From contig OW569381.1 in NCBI GenBank assembly GCA_937625935.1, positions 1-64,000 on the forward strand: a stretch of 64,000 nt of DNA, given 5' to 3'. Below the pieces are notes generated by a model. It made no database searches. It was not told where the DNA came from and worked only from the letters and a program-made list of their open reading frames with translations. Positions 52,590 to 63,940 of the stretch are shown here, piece by piece. The position numbers and the translations under genes are program-made. Source of the DNA: Tetramitus jugosus (taxonomy: Eukaryota > Protista > Heterolobosea). Numbering within the stretch: position 1 is the stretch's first letter; the number at the start of each line of letters is the position of its first letter.

Positions 52590-53024
52590 ATGAGCAACCG
52601 CACAAAACGATCTCATACTCAATTGTCAATCATGGAAGAACTACCAGATGACTGTGCGTTTCACATTATGACCTTCCTCTTTCCGAGTGAAATTTTGAGC
52701 AGTGCAAGTCTCGTCAGTCCACAATGGAACCAAGTCTCTCACGATGACATGCTATGGGCCAGGTTCTACGCGATGCAGACATTCTTTATTTCACCTATTC
52801 GAATGGTCCAATGCTTTCAAAGTTTGTCTGATATGGCATTTCAGATGAAATCACTCAAGAAACACATCAAGTATGAGATTCGAGGACAGCATTCGATTAT
52901 TGGAAACGTTTGCTTCAGAACAGAGTACCTCAGATCGTTGAATGGAAATGGAGGCATAGCAGTATCAAACAAGAGAAAATCATGGTCCATAAAAGACAAA
53001 AAGAACAGGGCATCAAAACCTTGA
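52590..53024 (+). CDS. Small F-box protein
   Basis: ELPDDCAFHIMTFL...SASLVS.QW..VS.DDMLW. Confidence 0.75.
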   Translation: MSNRTKRSHTQLSIMEELPDDCAFHIMTFLFPSEILSSASLVSPQWNQVSHDDMLWARFYAMQTFFISPIRMVQCFQSLSDMAFQMKSLKKHIKYEIRGQHSIIGNVCFRTEYLRSLNGNGGIAVSNKRKSWSIKDKKNRASKP

Positions 53025-53312
53025 AGTGACCACCTTGTCGGGATCATTTTTTCTCCACACCAAGCTTCATCGGTCGTAAACATAACATCTTCGCGCTCAA
53101 AACTAGTCGTTACTCGCATTTGAATTTCAAAAATATCGCAAGTTACTGGTTGTTGCTCACACCACGCATGGTGTTCGTAGGCAGCATATTTCAAGCAAGA
53201 AAAACATTTGCCATCATCATTCACAAACCACAAGCCAATCACCCCCTCTCTCGGTCGTAGGACATAACTATATACAATATACGCTCTCTCTCCCTGATAC
53301 CACTCTGTACAA

Positions 53313-54281
53313 ATGCAAGCCGCGACTAGTAGATACTCTTCCTTTCCAACAGGCCCTGCTGCTCCTTCAGCAGCTGCTAGCAACAAGCACGATGCCATTC
53401 TCAAGTACAAGCAAATTGAAAAGGTCGGTGAAGGTACCTATGGTGTTGTTTACAAGGCACAGGACTTGACCACTGGAAGAATTGTAGCTCTGAAGAAGAT
53501 TCGTCTAGAGCACGAGGACGACGGTGTTCCATCCACTTCCATCCGAGAAATTTCCTTGCTCAAGGAGTTGGCTCATCCAAATGTTGTTCGTTTGTACGAA
53601 GTCATCCATAGTGACAAGCAATTGCACCTTGTTTTTGAGTACTTGGATGAAGACATGAAAAAGTACATGAAGAGATTCCCAAATCAAAAGGTTGAGCCTG
53701 CTACTGCCAAGAGCTTTGTTTACCAATTGTTGAAGGGTATTGCCTTTTGTCACTCTCACAGAGTCCTTCACAGAGATTTGAAGCCTCAGAACTTGTTGAT
53801 TGAGAATGGCACCATTGTAAAGTTGGCTGATTTTGGATTGGCTCGTGCTTTCAACACTCCAATCAACACTCTGACTCATGAGGTTGTTACCTTGTGGTAT
53901 AGAGCTCCTGAGGTCTTGTTGGGCGCATCCCAATATGCTACACCATTGGACGTTTGGTCCATTGGTTGCATCATGTCAGAATTGTACACTGGTAGAGCTC
54001 TTTTCCCAGCTGACAGCGAAATTGATCAATTGTACAAGATTTTCCAGGCTTTGGGCACACCATCTGAAGCCAATTGGCCTGGTGTGAGCGCACTTCCATA
54101 CTACAAGCCTACCTTCCCAAAGTGGACTGGAAATCACTTGAGAACATTTGTTCCTAATTTGGACCCTATGGGATTGGATTTGTTGGCCAAGTTGTTGACT
54201 TATAATCCATCTGAGCGTATCTCTGCAAAGGCTGCATTGGATCATCCTTTCTTCAATGATTTGGACAAGACCAGAATCTAA
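53313..54281 (+). CDS. Cyclin-dependent kinase CDK1/CDK2 family (PSTSIRE)
   Basis: [55 protein letters not shown]. Confidence 0.97.
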   Translation: MQAATSRYSSFPTGPAAPSAAASNKHDAILKYKQIEKVGEGTYGVVYKAQDLTTGRIVALKKIRLEHEDDGVPSTSIREISLLKELAHPNVVRLYEVIHSDKQLHLVFEYLDEDMKKYMKRFPNQKVEPATAKSFVYQLLKGIAFCHSHRVLHRDLKPQNLLIENGTIVKLADFGLARAFNTPINTLTHEVVTLWYRAPEVLLGASQYATPLDVWSIGCIMSELYTGRALFPADSEIDQLYKIFQALGTPSEANWPGVSALPYYKPTFPKWTGNHLRTFVPNLDPMGLDLLAKLLTYNPSERISAKAALDHPFFNDLDKTRI

Positions 54282-54384
54282 GGATATTTCATAGACCAAC
54301 ACAGCCACATGTGAAAGGAAGTTTCAACTTGAAGAAGTTTCTGATCTTCCTCCACAATATATGATACTAATACAAGTTATTGGT

Positions 54385-55623
54385 TTACTCTAGAACAGTC
54401 TTCCTTCGCTCTCTCTTTTCTGACAATCTGAGCTTGATCGATTCCAGTTTGTTATTTAGATTCTTTAGGATCTCCTCTGACAGTTCGTTATTTGTATGCG
54501 TGTGAGAAGAACTCTCCTGAGTCTTCTCGAACAGAGGATTGTTTTTGATGAGCCGTTCTCTTTGCTTAGAGAAAGGAAAGGACCGTTCAGATCGGTTTAC
54601 GGCGGGCTGATGGTTCAGAGCATAACTCTGGATAAACTGGTGAATATGAGGAGAAACAGGTGGATCAGATTTCAATGAGTTGCTCAGTTTCTTGGAGTTC
54701 TTTTGGTTATTGTTGAGGAGAGCGACGTTATCGAGCAGTTTACTTCTCAACTGTTGATACAATCTAATTGTTTGATCTCGTATCTGATTACAATCTCCCC
54801 CTATTGAAATCTGTTCTTCAAGAGCTTCATTCTCTAAAGGATGTTTTGCAGCTGTTTCTTCGACCCAGGCAACAAACGCCGACACATGGTTATAAACAAC
54901 TGTATGGAAATGTATCTCTTTTTCAAAGTCGAGAAACTTTTGAGGAATGCCCTTCTTTCCCATTGTCGCATAGGAATCTACAATGATGTGAAACTCTGTC
55001 GGTGTGACACCAGGTTGAATGTCGTTCAATTGACTAACCAATTTTGCATTGTGGTTGCTCTTATTGGTCAAACTATTACAGAAATTGTACACTTTGTTGA
55101 CTTTTGAAATCAACTTGTTCGACAGCCCCTCCAAAGAATCATCAACAATATCCTCGTCAAACCAATCCTCAGGAGTCTTGGACAATTGCTCAGAGTATGC
55201 TGCAGATGGATCAGGAAAGAACATGTTTTCATCAGAGAAAAACGATAGATACTTTCTCGTGATTTCTGTTTGAATAAACAACCAACAGAGAGCAAACAAG
55301 AGCTCTCGGCCACATGAACTATGGAAGAGAAGGGATCTAGGATACTGGTTCTGGAAGAGGAAGAGTCGAGCACTGTATGAAACAAGTTGGGGATCAAATG
55401 TGGCACGATTCCATAGAGTTCGAATAGACTCCAAGGAGAAGTTTGGTCTTTTGTGCATCAATATGAGACACATGATCGATTTTAGCAATGGTTCTTTGGT
55501 TCTCAGGTGGTTGATCTTGATGGCAGCTCGAAACAACCTAGGAGAAACATAGTCGATTCCAAAGTGATGAAAAATCGAACACACACATTCGAGAGAGTTC
55601 AAAATATCGTTCTGGGTTTGCAT
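54385..55623 (-). CDS. TEDC1-like (tubulin epsilon/delta complex 1) protein
   Basis: P.LFR.A, YP, CGRELLFALCWL resemble the conserved TEDC1 SRELLLALxWL motif; coiled-coil C-terminus. Confidence 0.6.
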   Translation of the reverse strand: MQTQNDILNSLECVCSIFHHFGIDYVSPRLFRAAIKINHLRTKEPLLKSIMCLILMHKRPNFSLESIRTLWNRATFDPQLVSYSARLFLFQNQYPRSLLFHSSCGRELLFALCWLFIQTEITRKYLSFFSDENMFFPDPSAAYSEQLSKTPEDWFDEDIVDDSLEGLSNKLISKVNKVYNFCNSLTNKSNHNAKLVSQLNDIQPGVTPTEFHIIVDSYATMGKKGIPQKFLDFEKEIHFHTVVYNHVSAFVAWVEETAAKHPLENEALEEQISIGGDCNQIRDQTIRLYQQLRSKLLDNVALLNNNQKNSKKLSNSLKSDPPVSPHIHQFIQSYALNHQPAVNRSERSFPFSKQRERLIKNNPLFEKTQESSSHTHTNNELSEEILKNLNNKLESIKLRLSEKRERRKTVLE

Positions 55624-55694
55624 TCGGCGTTTGCGGGTTCTGTAACGAAAAATTGGCGGCAAAAAAGTTCGACACAAAACTGAACTGGTTCGAT

Positions 55695-57030
55695 TTACTG
55701 TCGATAGAGATTGCTATTTCTGTCATCCACTAACCGAAGTCTCTCAGTGTCTACGGAAGAGAATCGGCTCGAGTATTCGTTCTTTCTCTTCTGCGGTCTA
55801 CATGCGAAACAGCAGTAACTGCAGCACCAACAGCAGAAGAAGATCAAGAAACTCAAGGCAATCGGTGTAATGGTAACTGTCCAATAGAGCCACTTTCGAA
55901 TCACTGGCTTCACAGATATGGTAATCTCTGGATTTGCTTCACTTGTCACAAGGGAGTCCGCTTGTGGATCGCTCGATTGACGAGCAACAAGATTCATCTT
56001 CTTCACACCAAAGAAGACACGTGTGCCACTGACAAATGGAATCTTGCACACAAACTTCTTCAGATCACAAGCAAAGAATGATGCCTGGCTAGTAGTCGAC
56101 TCCAAAGCAGTGTTCTCCAATAGGAGTGATGCAGATCCTGAAAAACCAACCGATGTAGCCTCTGGTTCCAACACATAATTGAACTCGAATTCCATTGTCA
56201 TATTAAAGAATAGCGCATCGATGTTTTCGAACAGTTTGGTCACAACTAGACTGCAATTGCAACCAAAATTTTCACATTCGCAATCCGGCTTAAACAAGTG
56301 CTGATACACGTCTGGCACATGAAGCATATTCAGTTGCATGACCTCTGCAGATGCCACATTGTTGAACTGATATTGGTAATGGAGTCTCATGGTGGAATTC
56401 CTGTTCATACCAATAACTCTTTGTTCTCTGTAGACACCATTCGTGTGTTCATAGATGGGACTCGAAGGATGCAATGTACCCATACTCCAATGTTCCTTGA
56501 CGTGGACCGATGGCTCATTAGACACCTGAATGCCAGAGGACTTTGAACTGTCAAAGAATCCAATCTGGAGTCCACTGTAATTCTCCAATTGTGACGCAAT
56601 GTACTCTGGCTCCACAAACAATTGATATTCTTCAACAAATGCCTGAGTGTTGCTCAATGGTTCCGATATGGATTGACCCATGTCCAAAATCAGAGTAGAA
56701 TTCATGTATACTTGTTTCTTGTCGCCAATCAGTGGCTTAATCAAAAACTTGTCCCAAAAGAACCAACCTTTCAATGCAAAGGGTCAACTACCTGAAATCA
56801 CAATCCGGTCGGAGTTTTCACACCAATACAAGGACTTTACAAAAAAACGCAACGGCACAAAACATACCAAGTGCAAATCCACCCAAAACCAACAAGAGAA
56901 TCACAATTGCAACAAATGTATGAATGAAGCAACCGTTTTGAATTTTATAAGCGAGAAATGATTTTTCTGGTTCATCTTCCTCGTCTCGCAATCGAGAATA
57001 AGAGTTAAAACGTGAATTTGTGGATGACAT
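55695..57030 (-). CDS. Two-TM membrane protein; probable intron 56768-56840
   Basis: N-terminal TM in exon 1, C-terminal TM followed by a Cys string; the GTAAAG..AAG intron joins the two ORFs in frame. Confidence 0.65.
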
Positions 57031-57257
57031 TTGTTTTCTGGAATGTCTGCTTTGCGTGAAAAATTGTTTTTGGCTCTAGAATAACGTGTTGTGAATGTCC
57101 TTTTCACAGAGCCAAAACTTGAACTAGACGAAAAAATTCGCGACCGTGCATTCCGCCGATCACAAAAACTCCTGACCCGCCAACAATACAAAAATAAAAC
57201 ACAAAAAAAATCAAGCAAACAAAAAACAAAAAACTCAAATTGAACCTGGTGCATAAG

Positions 57258-59141
57258 ATGATCAATACATGTTTCATTCGTCGTCTTCATCGACCACAAT
57301 TGATCACCCGACCATTTCACCACCGATCCTCCTCCTCATCCATCACCACTTCATCATCACTGATTCTCCTATCATCCCCATCATCATCACCAACAAGTAT
57401 ATCAACAACAACAACAACAACAACAAGTGTATCAACAACAATTAGAACATTCATACATCACAATGATCACAAAAAACCAACACTCGAACAACAAAAACAA
57501 CAACAAGAGGATCAACAACAAGAAGACTTTTTTAGAGCGATTGTGAAACAAGGTGACGAACAACTCAAGAAAAAAAAATATCATCTCGCATTGGACAAGT
57601 ACAGTCAAGCACTTGATACATTGAATCAAGAGATGAGAGGACCAGAGAATGACAAGGAAGCTACAGTGTTCTTAAAATACAGGTACTATGTGATTGATTC
57701 AATGAGAGAGTGTTATGATATGATGAACGAATATGAGTCTGCTCTGAAAATGTGTAACCAGTTTTTTGAGTTGGAAAAACAGTTGAGAAAATTGCGCGTG
57801 TTGGACCAGTGGGAAGAATCCTTGAATTTTTTGAGTGCGAAAAAAGCAGAGTACTTGATTGTGCTCAAGCAGCTCAAGGAAGCCATGATCGTGCTCAGAG
57901 AGTTGGTCGATACGAGATTGGCGCCACTGCACAAATCCGATCCAAAAAATGAAAAAACAAGAAAACAGTTGGCGTTTTGTTTGACGCAACAGGGAAAGAT
58001 TTATGCACATTGGTCAGAGTATGAAAAAGCGATTGGTGCGTTGGATAAGGCACTCAAGATTGCACCTCATCATTCGGAAGCTCTATCATTCAAGTGCTTG
58101 TGTCTGTTGCGGTTGAATTTGGTGGATGAAGCTCAGGCTGTTGCGAAATCTGTGATGGATCGTCATTTGATGTCATCCGCGGATTATCGTTGTCGCGTAC
58201 TGTACATTGAATCGTTGCTCAAGAAGAAGGAGTGGGATGATTGTATCAATGTGTGCACAGCGACACTCAAGCTCTATCTAGAGGATCAATTGCCTCTTCT
58301 CTATCGAGCGCAAGCCTACTTGTCGAAACATGAGTTTAAGAAGGCGTTGGAGGATGTGGTACAGTTTGAGAAGATTCACGGTATTCACATGGTACCAGTG
58401 TTCAACTTGGACTCCTCGGTCATCTATGCCAAGAGCTTGCTTTCACTGTGCAAGTTCAAATCAGCAGCCAAAATGTTAGAAGAGAGATTAAAGGCTGTTG
58501 ATTTGAATAAGCAGGCCGGTGAGGATCACATTTATCCTTTATTGGTCATCCAGGGCATCGTGTATCAACAACTGAACAAGTTTGCAGAGTCGAAACATGT
58601 TTTCGAAGAGTACGTGTTGCCGCGACTCGACTCATTGTACTTTCAGAAACCAGAGTTTATCATTCAGACGAGGAATGCTTTCGCAAGGACATTGCTCAAA
58701 TCAGGTGAATCAACCGAAGCCATTTCGTTTATGAACAAGAGCACGCGGCTCGTGGAATCACTGATTAGCGACGGTACCATATCCAAGAACAGGGATGCTG
58801 CAATGGCCATTGATGAATATTATGGATTGAGAGCGGAGATTAGTGCGTCCATGGGAGATCGTGCTCAAGTGATTGAGATGTTGGATCAGTTGGCGCACGT
58901 ATTGAAGGTGGCAAACGTTGAAACAGAGGAGGGCAGTGATTATCTGATACATGGGCAGATCGCACAAGGAATGTGTGCTTATTACGCTGAGCAGCATGAT
59001 AAAGCCCTGGAGATACTCGTTCCTTTGCTCGATAAAATCGCAGCGACCGATCGCGCATACAGTGCACGTGAGCTAAAGGCCATCATTCAGGAGTGCAGGA
59101 CAAGGATAACACCACCTATAGCAGCCAATGACACCGAGTAG
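57258..59141 (+). CDS. TPR-repeat protein with mitochondrial-like presequence
   Basis: Arg/His/Ser/Thr-rich N-terminus; TPR motifs such as YEKAIGALDKALKIAP and RAQAY......KALED. Confidence 0.85.
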   Translation: MINTCFIRRLHRPQLITRPFHHRSSSSSITTSSSLILLSSPSSSPTSISTTTTTTTSVSTTIRTFIHHNDHKKPTLEQQKQQQEDQQQEDFFRAIVKQGDEQLKKKKYHLALDKYSQALDTLNQEMRGPENDKEATVFLKYRYYVIDSMRECYDMMNEYESALKMCNQFFELEKQLRKLRVLDQWEESLNFLSAKKAEYLIVLKQLKEAMIVLRELVDTRLAPLHKSDPKNEKTRKQLAFCLTQQGKIYAHWSEYEKAIGALDKALKIAPHHSEALSFKCLCLLRLNLVDEAQAVAKSVMDRHLMSSADYRCRVLYIESLLKKKEWDDCINVCTATLKLYLEDQLPLLYRAQAYLSKHEFKKALEDVVQFEKIHGIHMVPVFNLDSSVIYAKSLLSLCKFKSAAKMLEERLKAVDLNKQAGEDHIYPLLVIQGIVYQQLNKFAESKHVFEEYVLPRLDSLYFQKPEFIIQTRNAFARTLLKSGESTEAISFMNKSTRLVESLISDGTISKNRDAAMAIDEYYGLRAEISASMGDRAQVIEMLDQLAHVLKVANVETEEGSDYLIHGQIAQGMCAYYAEQHDKALEILVPLLDKIAATDRAYSARELKAIIQECRTRITPPIAANDTE

Positions 59142-59392
59142 TCTTCTTAGTTTGTTGGATCTTTCTCACTCATAAATACAACAATGGGCAAGAAGTCTTT
59201 CCTTTTTTGTGTTTTCTGTCCGGAATTTTCAATTTACAGCTCGGAAAGCTCAGGTCGATGGAATTTCTCTTGGTTGGCCCATAGCTTGCACCAACCATCA
59301 AGTTCAAGTAATTCTAGCTTCAGCTTGAGATCTCAGAGACACACACATAGTTCTCATCAAAGTCACCTATCTCCCTAACAAGAAAACAAGTG

Positions 59393-60319
59393 ATGCGATC
59401 ATTTAGAGCTCCCTCATTCTCTAACAGCAGACCAACCATTGAAGAGCTGTATAGCAGCGAGGATGAAGAAGCAGAAGAAAATTCTTCAACAAAGAAAAGA
59501 GCAACTCCAGCGCCAAACAAACCAGGCTCAACCAAGACCAAGTTCCCCTCGACCACCACCACCAACAACACATATTCCAATCCCAGTTCATCCAGTCAAT
59601 ATAGAACTGTGATTGAAGAGCCAGATTCTGATGAAGAAGGAGAATATGAACAGAGAAGAAGGGGCAATTCCACTAAAAAATCCACGGCCAACAACGAAGA
59701 GGTACCCATTCATAGAAAATCGAGTGGATCTGCTGCGGCATATCCTTCCGCGATGTCCACCAGAAACAGAGGTAAAAGCCTCTTTGGTGGATTCTCGTCC
59801 TTTGGGAATGATTTGATGGATGATATGATGAATCGCATGAATCAAGTCATGAACCATAGTCGTTTGTTTGAGGATGATCCGTTCGATATGGGCGATGACT
59901 TGTTTGATAGGCATCGAATTGTGGATCAACACGATCGGATGATGAGAAGCAGTTTCAATTCAAGCTCGAACAATGGAAAATCAGTGTACTATAGCTCTAT
60001 GATGAGCACTACGAGCTCTAACGGGGTTACAGAGACAAAGAGAGCAGTGAAAGACTCTAGAGACGGAACAGAGAGAATGTCTGTTCAACGTCGAATCGGT
60101 GATAAGACAGTAACTGTGGAGAAGGTGTCTGACAGAAGTGGAAGAGAACAAACAACAAAAAAGTTGGAGAATGTCAGAGAGGAAGAAGAGGGAAACTTTG
60201 AACAGGAATGGCAGAAAGTGTCAGGTCAGCTACCTGCATGGCATATTGACAGTAAAATCGGCCGCAGTAAAAGGAGTAATCGTTTAGCAATTGAGGAGGG
60301 ACATGGGAGAAGGAGATAG
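59393..60319 (+). CDS. Myeloid leukemia factor (MLF) family protein
   Basis: YYSS......NGVTETKRAVKDS..G.ERMS..RRIGDK......N..E.....FEQEW. Confidence 0.82.
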   Translation: MRSFRAPSFSNSRPTIEELYSSEDEEAEENSSTKKRATPAPNKPGSTKTKFPSTTTTNNTYSNPSSSSQYRTVIEEPDSDEEGEYEQRRRGNSTKKSTANNEEVPIHRKSSGSAAAYPSAMSTRNRGKSLFGGFSSFGNDLMDDMMNRMNQVMNHSRLFEDDPFDMGDDLFDRHRIVDQHDRMMRSSFNSSSNNGKSVYYSSMMSTTSSNGVTETKRAVKDSRDGTERMSVQRRIGDKTVTVEKVSDRSGREQTTKKLENVREEEEGNFEQEWQKVSGQLPAWHIDSKIGRSKRSNRLAIEEGHGRRR

Positions 60320-60502
60320 ATGTAATAATTAAGGTGGTAATTATAAAATTCATGTTTGTTCTTAATGACAAGTTGTGACACAAAACCTTTTATTCGGAAG
60401 TAAAAACTCTGAGAGAAAGTGTGGATTAAACGTGATATCTACAACACTCTCAGGAGAAAAAGCGTTATGAAGATCTTCAGCTGCGCCACCTTCAAAAGCT
60501 CT

Positions 60503-62329
60503 TCATTCGTTCTTCGCTAACATGATATCATAAACAAGCTGATTTGCAGTACTCTTACGCACCGTAATCTTGCTAATATGAGATTTGTTCATAAAAGCTG
60601 GCATATCATCACTCTTCAAACATGCAAATATGTCCGCCCGAAGTTCATTTGTCAAGTCACTTGGCTCTTGAGGTGAGTAATTCCAGGTACATCTGCCAAT
60701 GTTAGGAGATGCACCTACAGTAGGAGTGGATGGTTGCTGGCTGCTCATTGTGTTCTCTTCTTCAGTGTTTTGAATGTTGAATGAAGTTGTGAGCTTCTCG
60801 TTTTGCAGATTGATGGCCAGTACAGAATTTGAGTCATCAGAAGAGAGCACAGCAGAGGTCATGGCATTAGTAAGTGCGTGCTTGGCATGTGGGAGCATGT
60901 ATCCAGATAATTCCAGGAAATAATGAGGCTTATCTTCTTGTGCGCTATTGAGGTTTTTCGTTGTTTTGACGCTTCGACTCACTTTTGAAAAACTCTCATT
61001 CTTTGTAATTCGCAGTGACTTCAATGCCGCATTCATAAATGTCACTGGCGCAATAATGGTGGGAAAGTCACTCGATATGTGCTTCACACAGTCCATCAAC
61101 AGGAAACCGTACAGAGCATGCACTCTCCTCCTACCAATAAATAGAAAACTGGAGTCGACTTTTCTCTGAAATTCAATGGAGCTGTCATTGAGCTTCTGAT
61201 GTGTCTTATCAGGCGTAGAACTGGTGAGGATGGCTCTAACAGATATCGATCCACCTACATTTGCACAAATGAACATGACAGACATTTGATTCTCGCGCAA
61301 CACGTAAAAATAAGGACATTCACCATTGTTAAACAATGTGTAGACACTGGAGAGACTAATGCACCAATCGTGCATTCGTTCATTCAGGAATGTGGCGTCA
61401 CCACCCAACACATCCTTAAAGATTTGGTAGCCTTGAATAGAAAAGTGTTGCTCAGCTTCTGCTGGCTCCATCAACCTATCATTGCTATCCGCTTGATCAC
61501 CAGCACTCACTGAGTAGAATCGAGTCGCGTTGCTGCTGCTGTCATCCTGCACTTCTTTTTTGACTAGACTAGTCACACCACCAACACCCACATTGGCATC
61601 ATTCTTTTGTTGTTGAGAGCCATAGGCACCACTCATTACCTTCACAGTCGAAAAAGACAACAATCTCATCTTTTCCTTAACGCTCTGAGGCAATTGAGAC
61701 GCAGGAAATTGAAAGTATAGCATTGATCGATACAAATCAGCACAAACACTCAATGATAGGTTCATTCCCATCGTAGATGATGAACCAGAGGCATCATCAG
61801 GCATTCCACTCTGAGAACAACCAGATGGTTGAAGAGCGGATGATGTCGAGAGGTCAATTGATCTCCTGGATATCAATTGTCTCATTCCCACCGTCTTTGC
61901 CAAGTCAGTCAAGTGACTCACCCAGAGAAACGAGCGATCAGAGACGAAACGAATAGAGGAACCAAGTGACCAGTCAAGTGGGAGCTCATGGAGGTCATTG
62001 ATATGGAATTGGTTGTCAGAGAAGAGCTCATTCCCATTCTCGTCAATGTCCTGAGAGGATAGACCTTGTTGTTGCTTGTTTGCTAATGGCTTCTTCCTCA
62101 CTGCAGAGTACGCACCAAGCAGAGCATTCCGTATCGTAGTTTTCTTTCCGACCGCGCCAGTTTTGGCGGAGTTTCGGGTTTCGCTCCCGACAAGTGAAGC
62201 CGATTCAATATTGAGGAGTGCTTGGTCACGTTGCCTTTTGTTTGTAGTCTGATGATTGTCACTAAAGTCATTTGACTCGTTTTCATCTTCGTCGTTGTTG
62301 TTACCAATGTGATCAAGCTTTCTTTTCAT
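60503..62329 (-). CDS. DONSON: DONSON (replisome factor)
   Basis: LPLDWSL...RF.S...F.W; W..SL.SVY..F..G.CPYFYV; PTIIAP..F..A; LEL.G..LPH. Confidence 0.87.
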   Translation of the reverse strand: MKRKLDHIGNNNDEDENESNDFSDNHQTTNKRQRDQALLNIESASLVGSETRNSAKTGAVGKKTTIRNALLGAYSAVRKKPLANKQQQGLSSQDIDENGNELFSDNQFHINDLHELPLDWSLGSSIRFVSDRSFLWVSHLTDLAKTVGMRQLISRRSIDLSTSSALQPSGCSQSGMPDDASGSSSTMGMNLSLSVCADLYRSMLYFQFPASQLPQSVKEKMRLLSFSTVKVMSGAYGSQQQKNDANVGVGGVTSLVKKEVQDDSSSNATRFYSVSAGDQADSNDRLMEPAEAEQHFSIQGYQIFKDVLGGDATFLNERMHDWCISLSSVYTLFNNGECPYFYVLRENQMSVMFICANVGGSISVRAILTSSTPDKTHQKLNDSSIEFQRKVDSSFLFIGRRRVHALYGFLLMDCVKHISSDFPTIIAPVTFMNAALKSLRITKNESFSKVSRSVKTTKNLNSAQEDKPHYFLELSGYMLPHAKHALTNAMTSAVLSSDDSNSVLAINLQNEKLTTSFNIQNTEEENTMSSQQPSTPTVGASPNIGRCTWNYSPQEPSDLTNELRADIFACLKSDDMPAFMNKSHISKITVRKSTANQLVYDIMLAKNE

Positions 62330-62437
62330 ATCCCTTTTGAGTTCTTTTTTTTTGGGCAAGGATTGGATGGAAATTTTCAGACAAGGATGACATTTGAAGG
62401 TCCATTTTTTATTATGCAAGCCAGAAGATGTGAGGTT

Positions 62438-63940
62438 TTAGTCTTGAGCGACAGAGTTCTCACTGTCCTCTGTGATCACCTCTTGTTGTTCTTGTTTGAT
62501 AGACTTGTCCTTGCTGAGAATAAAACTACGGAAGTCATTTGCCAGGTACACTGTTCCATCCTGTGGAGTAAACACCTGCTCTGCTTCCATCTTCAACAGA
62601 TCAACACTGTCGACTCTCTCCTTCTGGACGCCCTCCAGAGAGAAACGAGCAGAAAAGTGAGTGAGAATCAAGTTTTTGGCACCAATCTTCTTTGCAAAAG
62701 AAGCAGCCATCGATGGACAACTGTGTCCTCTCTCTTCAGCCATACTCTGTTGACTATCGGAGAGTGTAGCCTCATGCGTAATAATATCACAGTCCTTTGC
62801 AATGTGAGCGATAGGAGTCGGGTCGTGCGTATCACCCAAAACAACAATCTTTCTGCCCTTTTGAGGCTCTCCCAGTACTTGACTCGATTTCACAACCGTT
62901 CCATCGTCCAGTGTCACATCTTGACCTGACTTGAGCTTGCTGAGCATGGGACCTCTTGGCACTCCCAATTGCTTTGCCTTTTCGAGATCCAACTTTCCCA
63001 CAGATTCCTGTTCTTCAATGACGTAACCCACAGTGAACACTCGATGATAAATGGGAGCAGCTCTAACAGAAACACCATCCTTGGAGTACACGTGATAACA
63101 CTGATTCTCTGCATCGTACGGTATTAATCCTCCATAGGCAACCATTGTGCCATCAATAGGTTCTCTACTATAATTGACACAATCACTCACAACATTAACA
63201 TTGTGATTACTATAGTGTTGGTCATTGTCCAATGATGAAAGAGTGGATGACAGATGAGGAGGAGCCATCTCAAATATACGAATCACAAAACTCGCATGAG
63301 AATCACTCAATTTCAAAGAACTGTGAACATAGTCATAGATGCCCACTGGTCCATAGATTTGAATCTCTGTTCTCGTTGGAGGATTATTGCCCGATAATGT
63401 ACATAGGAAACCAGGTAATCCAAACACGTGATCACCGTGCAAATGAGTAATGAAAATGGTTGAAATTTTTCCACTCTTCAAAGAACTTTTTCTGTATTGG
63501 TTCTGAGTGCCCTCACCACAGTCAAACATCAAGATGCTACCATCAGTGTCACCCAGTGATAAATTAATGTTGGATACGCTACGATCAAATGTGGGAACTC
63601 CACTACTTGTGCCTAAAAATGTAAGTTTCATGTCGTTGTTATGTTTTTTTCGAATAATGTTATATGTTAAAAAATCTGTTGTTGTTGGTTGTTGGAGATT
63701 TTCTAGCAGGGAAAGATTTTTTGATTTTAAAGCGACCGTTGTTGGTGTCGCGTAAATTGCGAAATTGTGTGTTCGATGAGGTGAGAACTTGTTTGTCCTT
63801 TGAGTGGCGTTCAAGATGGGACTTGAGTTCCTGGAAAAAGAGCGGAGTTTACAAGAGGCACGAGGATGCAAAAATGGGAGATGAGAGAAGAGGGTTGTTG
63901 TAGTTGACGGCCGAAGGTAGGTGTGATGGAGCAGTAGCAT
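62438..63940 (-). CDS. Ribonuclease Z, short form with GP-type exosite and N-terminal extension
   Basis: FLGTSSGVPT..R, FDCGEGTQ, ITHLHGDH, HRV...GY, LGVPRGP....LK.G, GDT, HEAT, GHS, LTHFSAR. Confidence 0.95.
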   Translation of the reverse strand: MLLLHHTYLRPSTTTTLFSHLPFLHPRASCKLRSFSRNSSPILNATQRTNKFSPHRTHNFAIYATPTTVALKSKNLSLLENLQQPTTTDFLTYNIIRKKHNNDMKLTFLGTSSGVPTFDRSVSNINLSLGDTDGSILMFDCGEGTQNQYRKSSLKSGKISTIFITHLHGDHVFGLPGFLCTLSGNNPPTRTEIQIYGPVGIYDYVHSSLKLSDSHASFVIRIFEMAPPHLSSTLSSLDNDQHYSNHNVNVVSDCVNYSREPIDGTMVAYGGLIPYDAENQCYHVYSKDGVSVRAAPIYHRVFTVGYVIEEQESVGKLDLEKAKQLGVPRGPMLSKLKSGQDVTLDDGTVVKSSQVLGEPQKGRKIVVLGDTHDPTPIAHIAKDCDIITHEATLSDSQQSMAEERGHSCPSMAASFAKKIGAKNLILTHFSARFSLEGVQKERVDSVDLLKMEAEQVFTPQDGTVYLANDFRSFILSKDKSIKQEQQEVITEDSENSVAQD

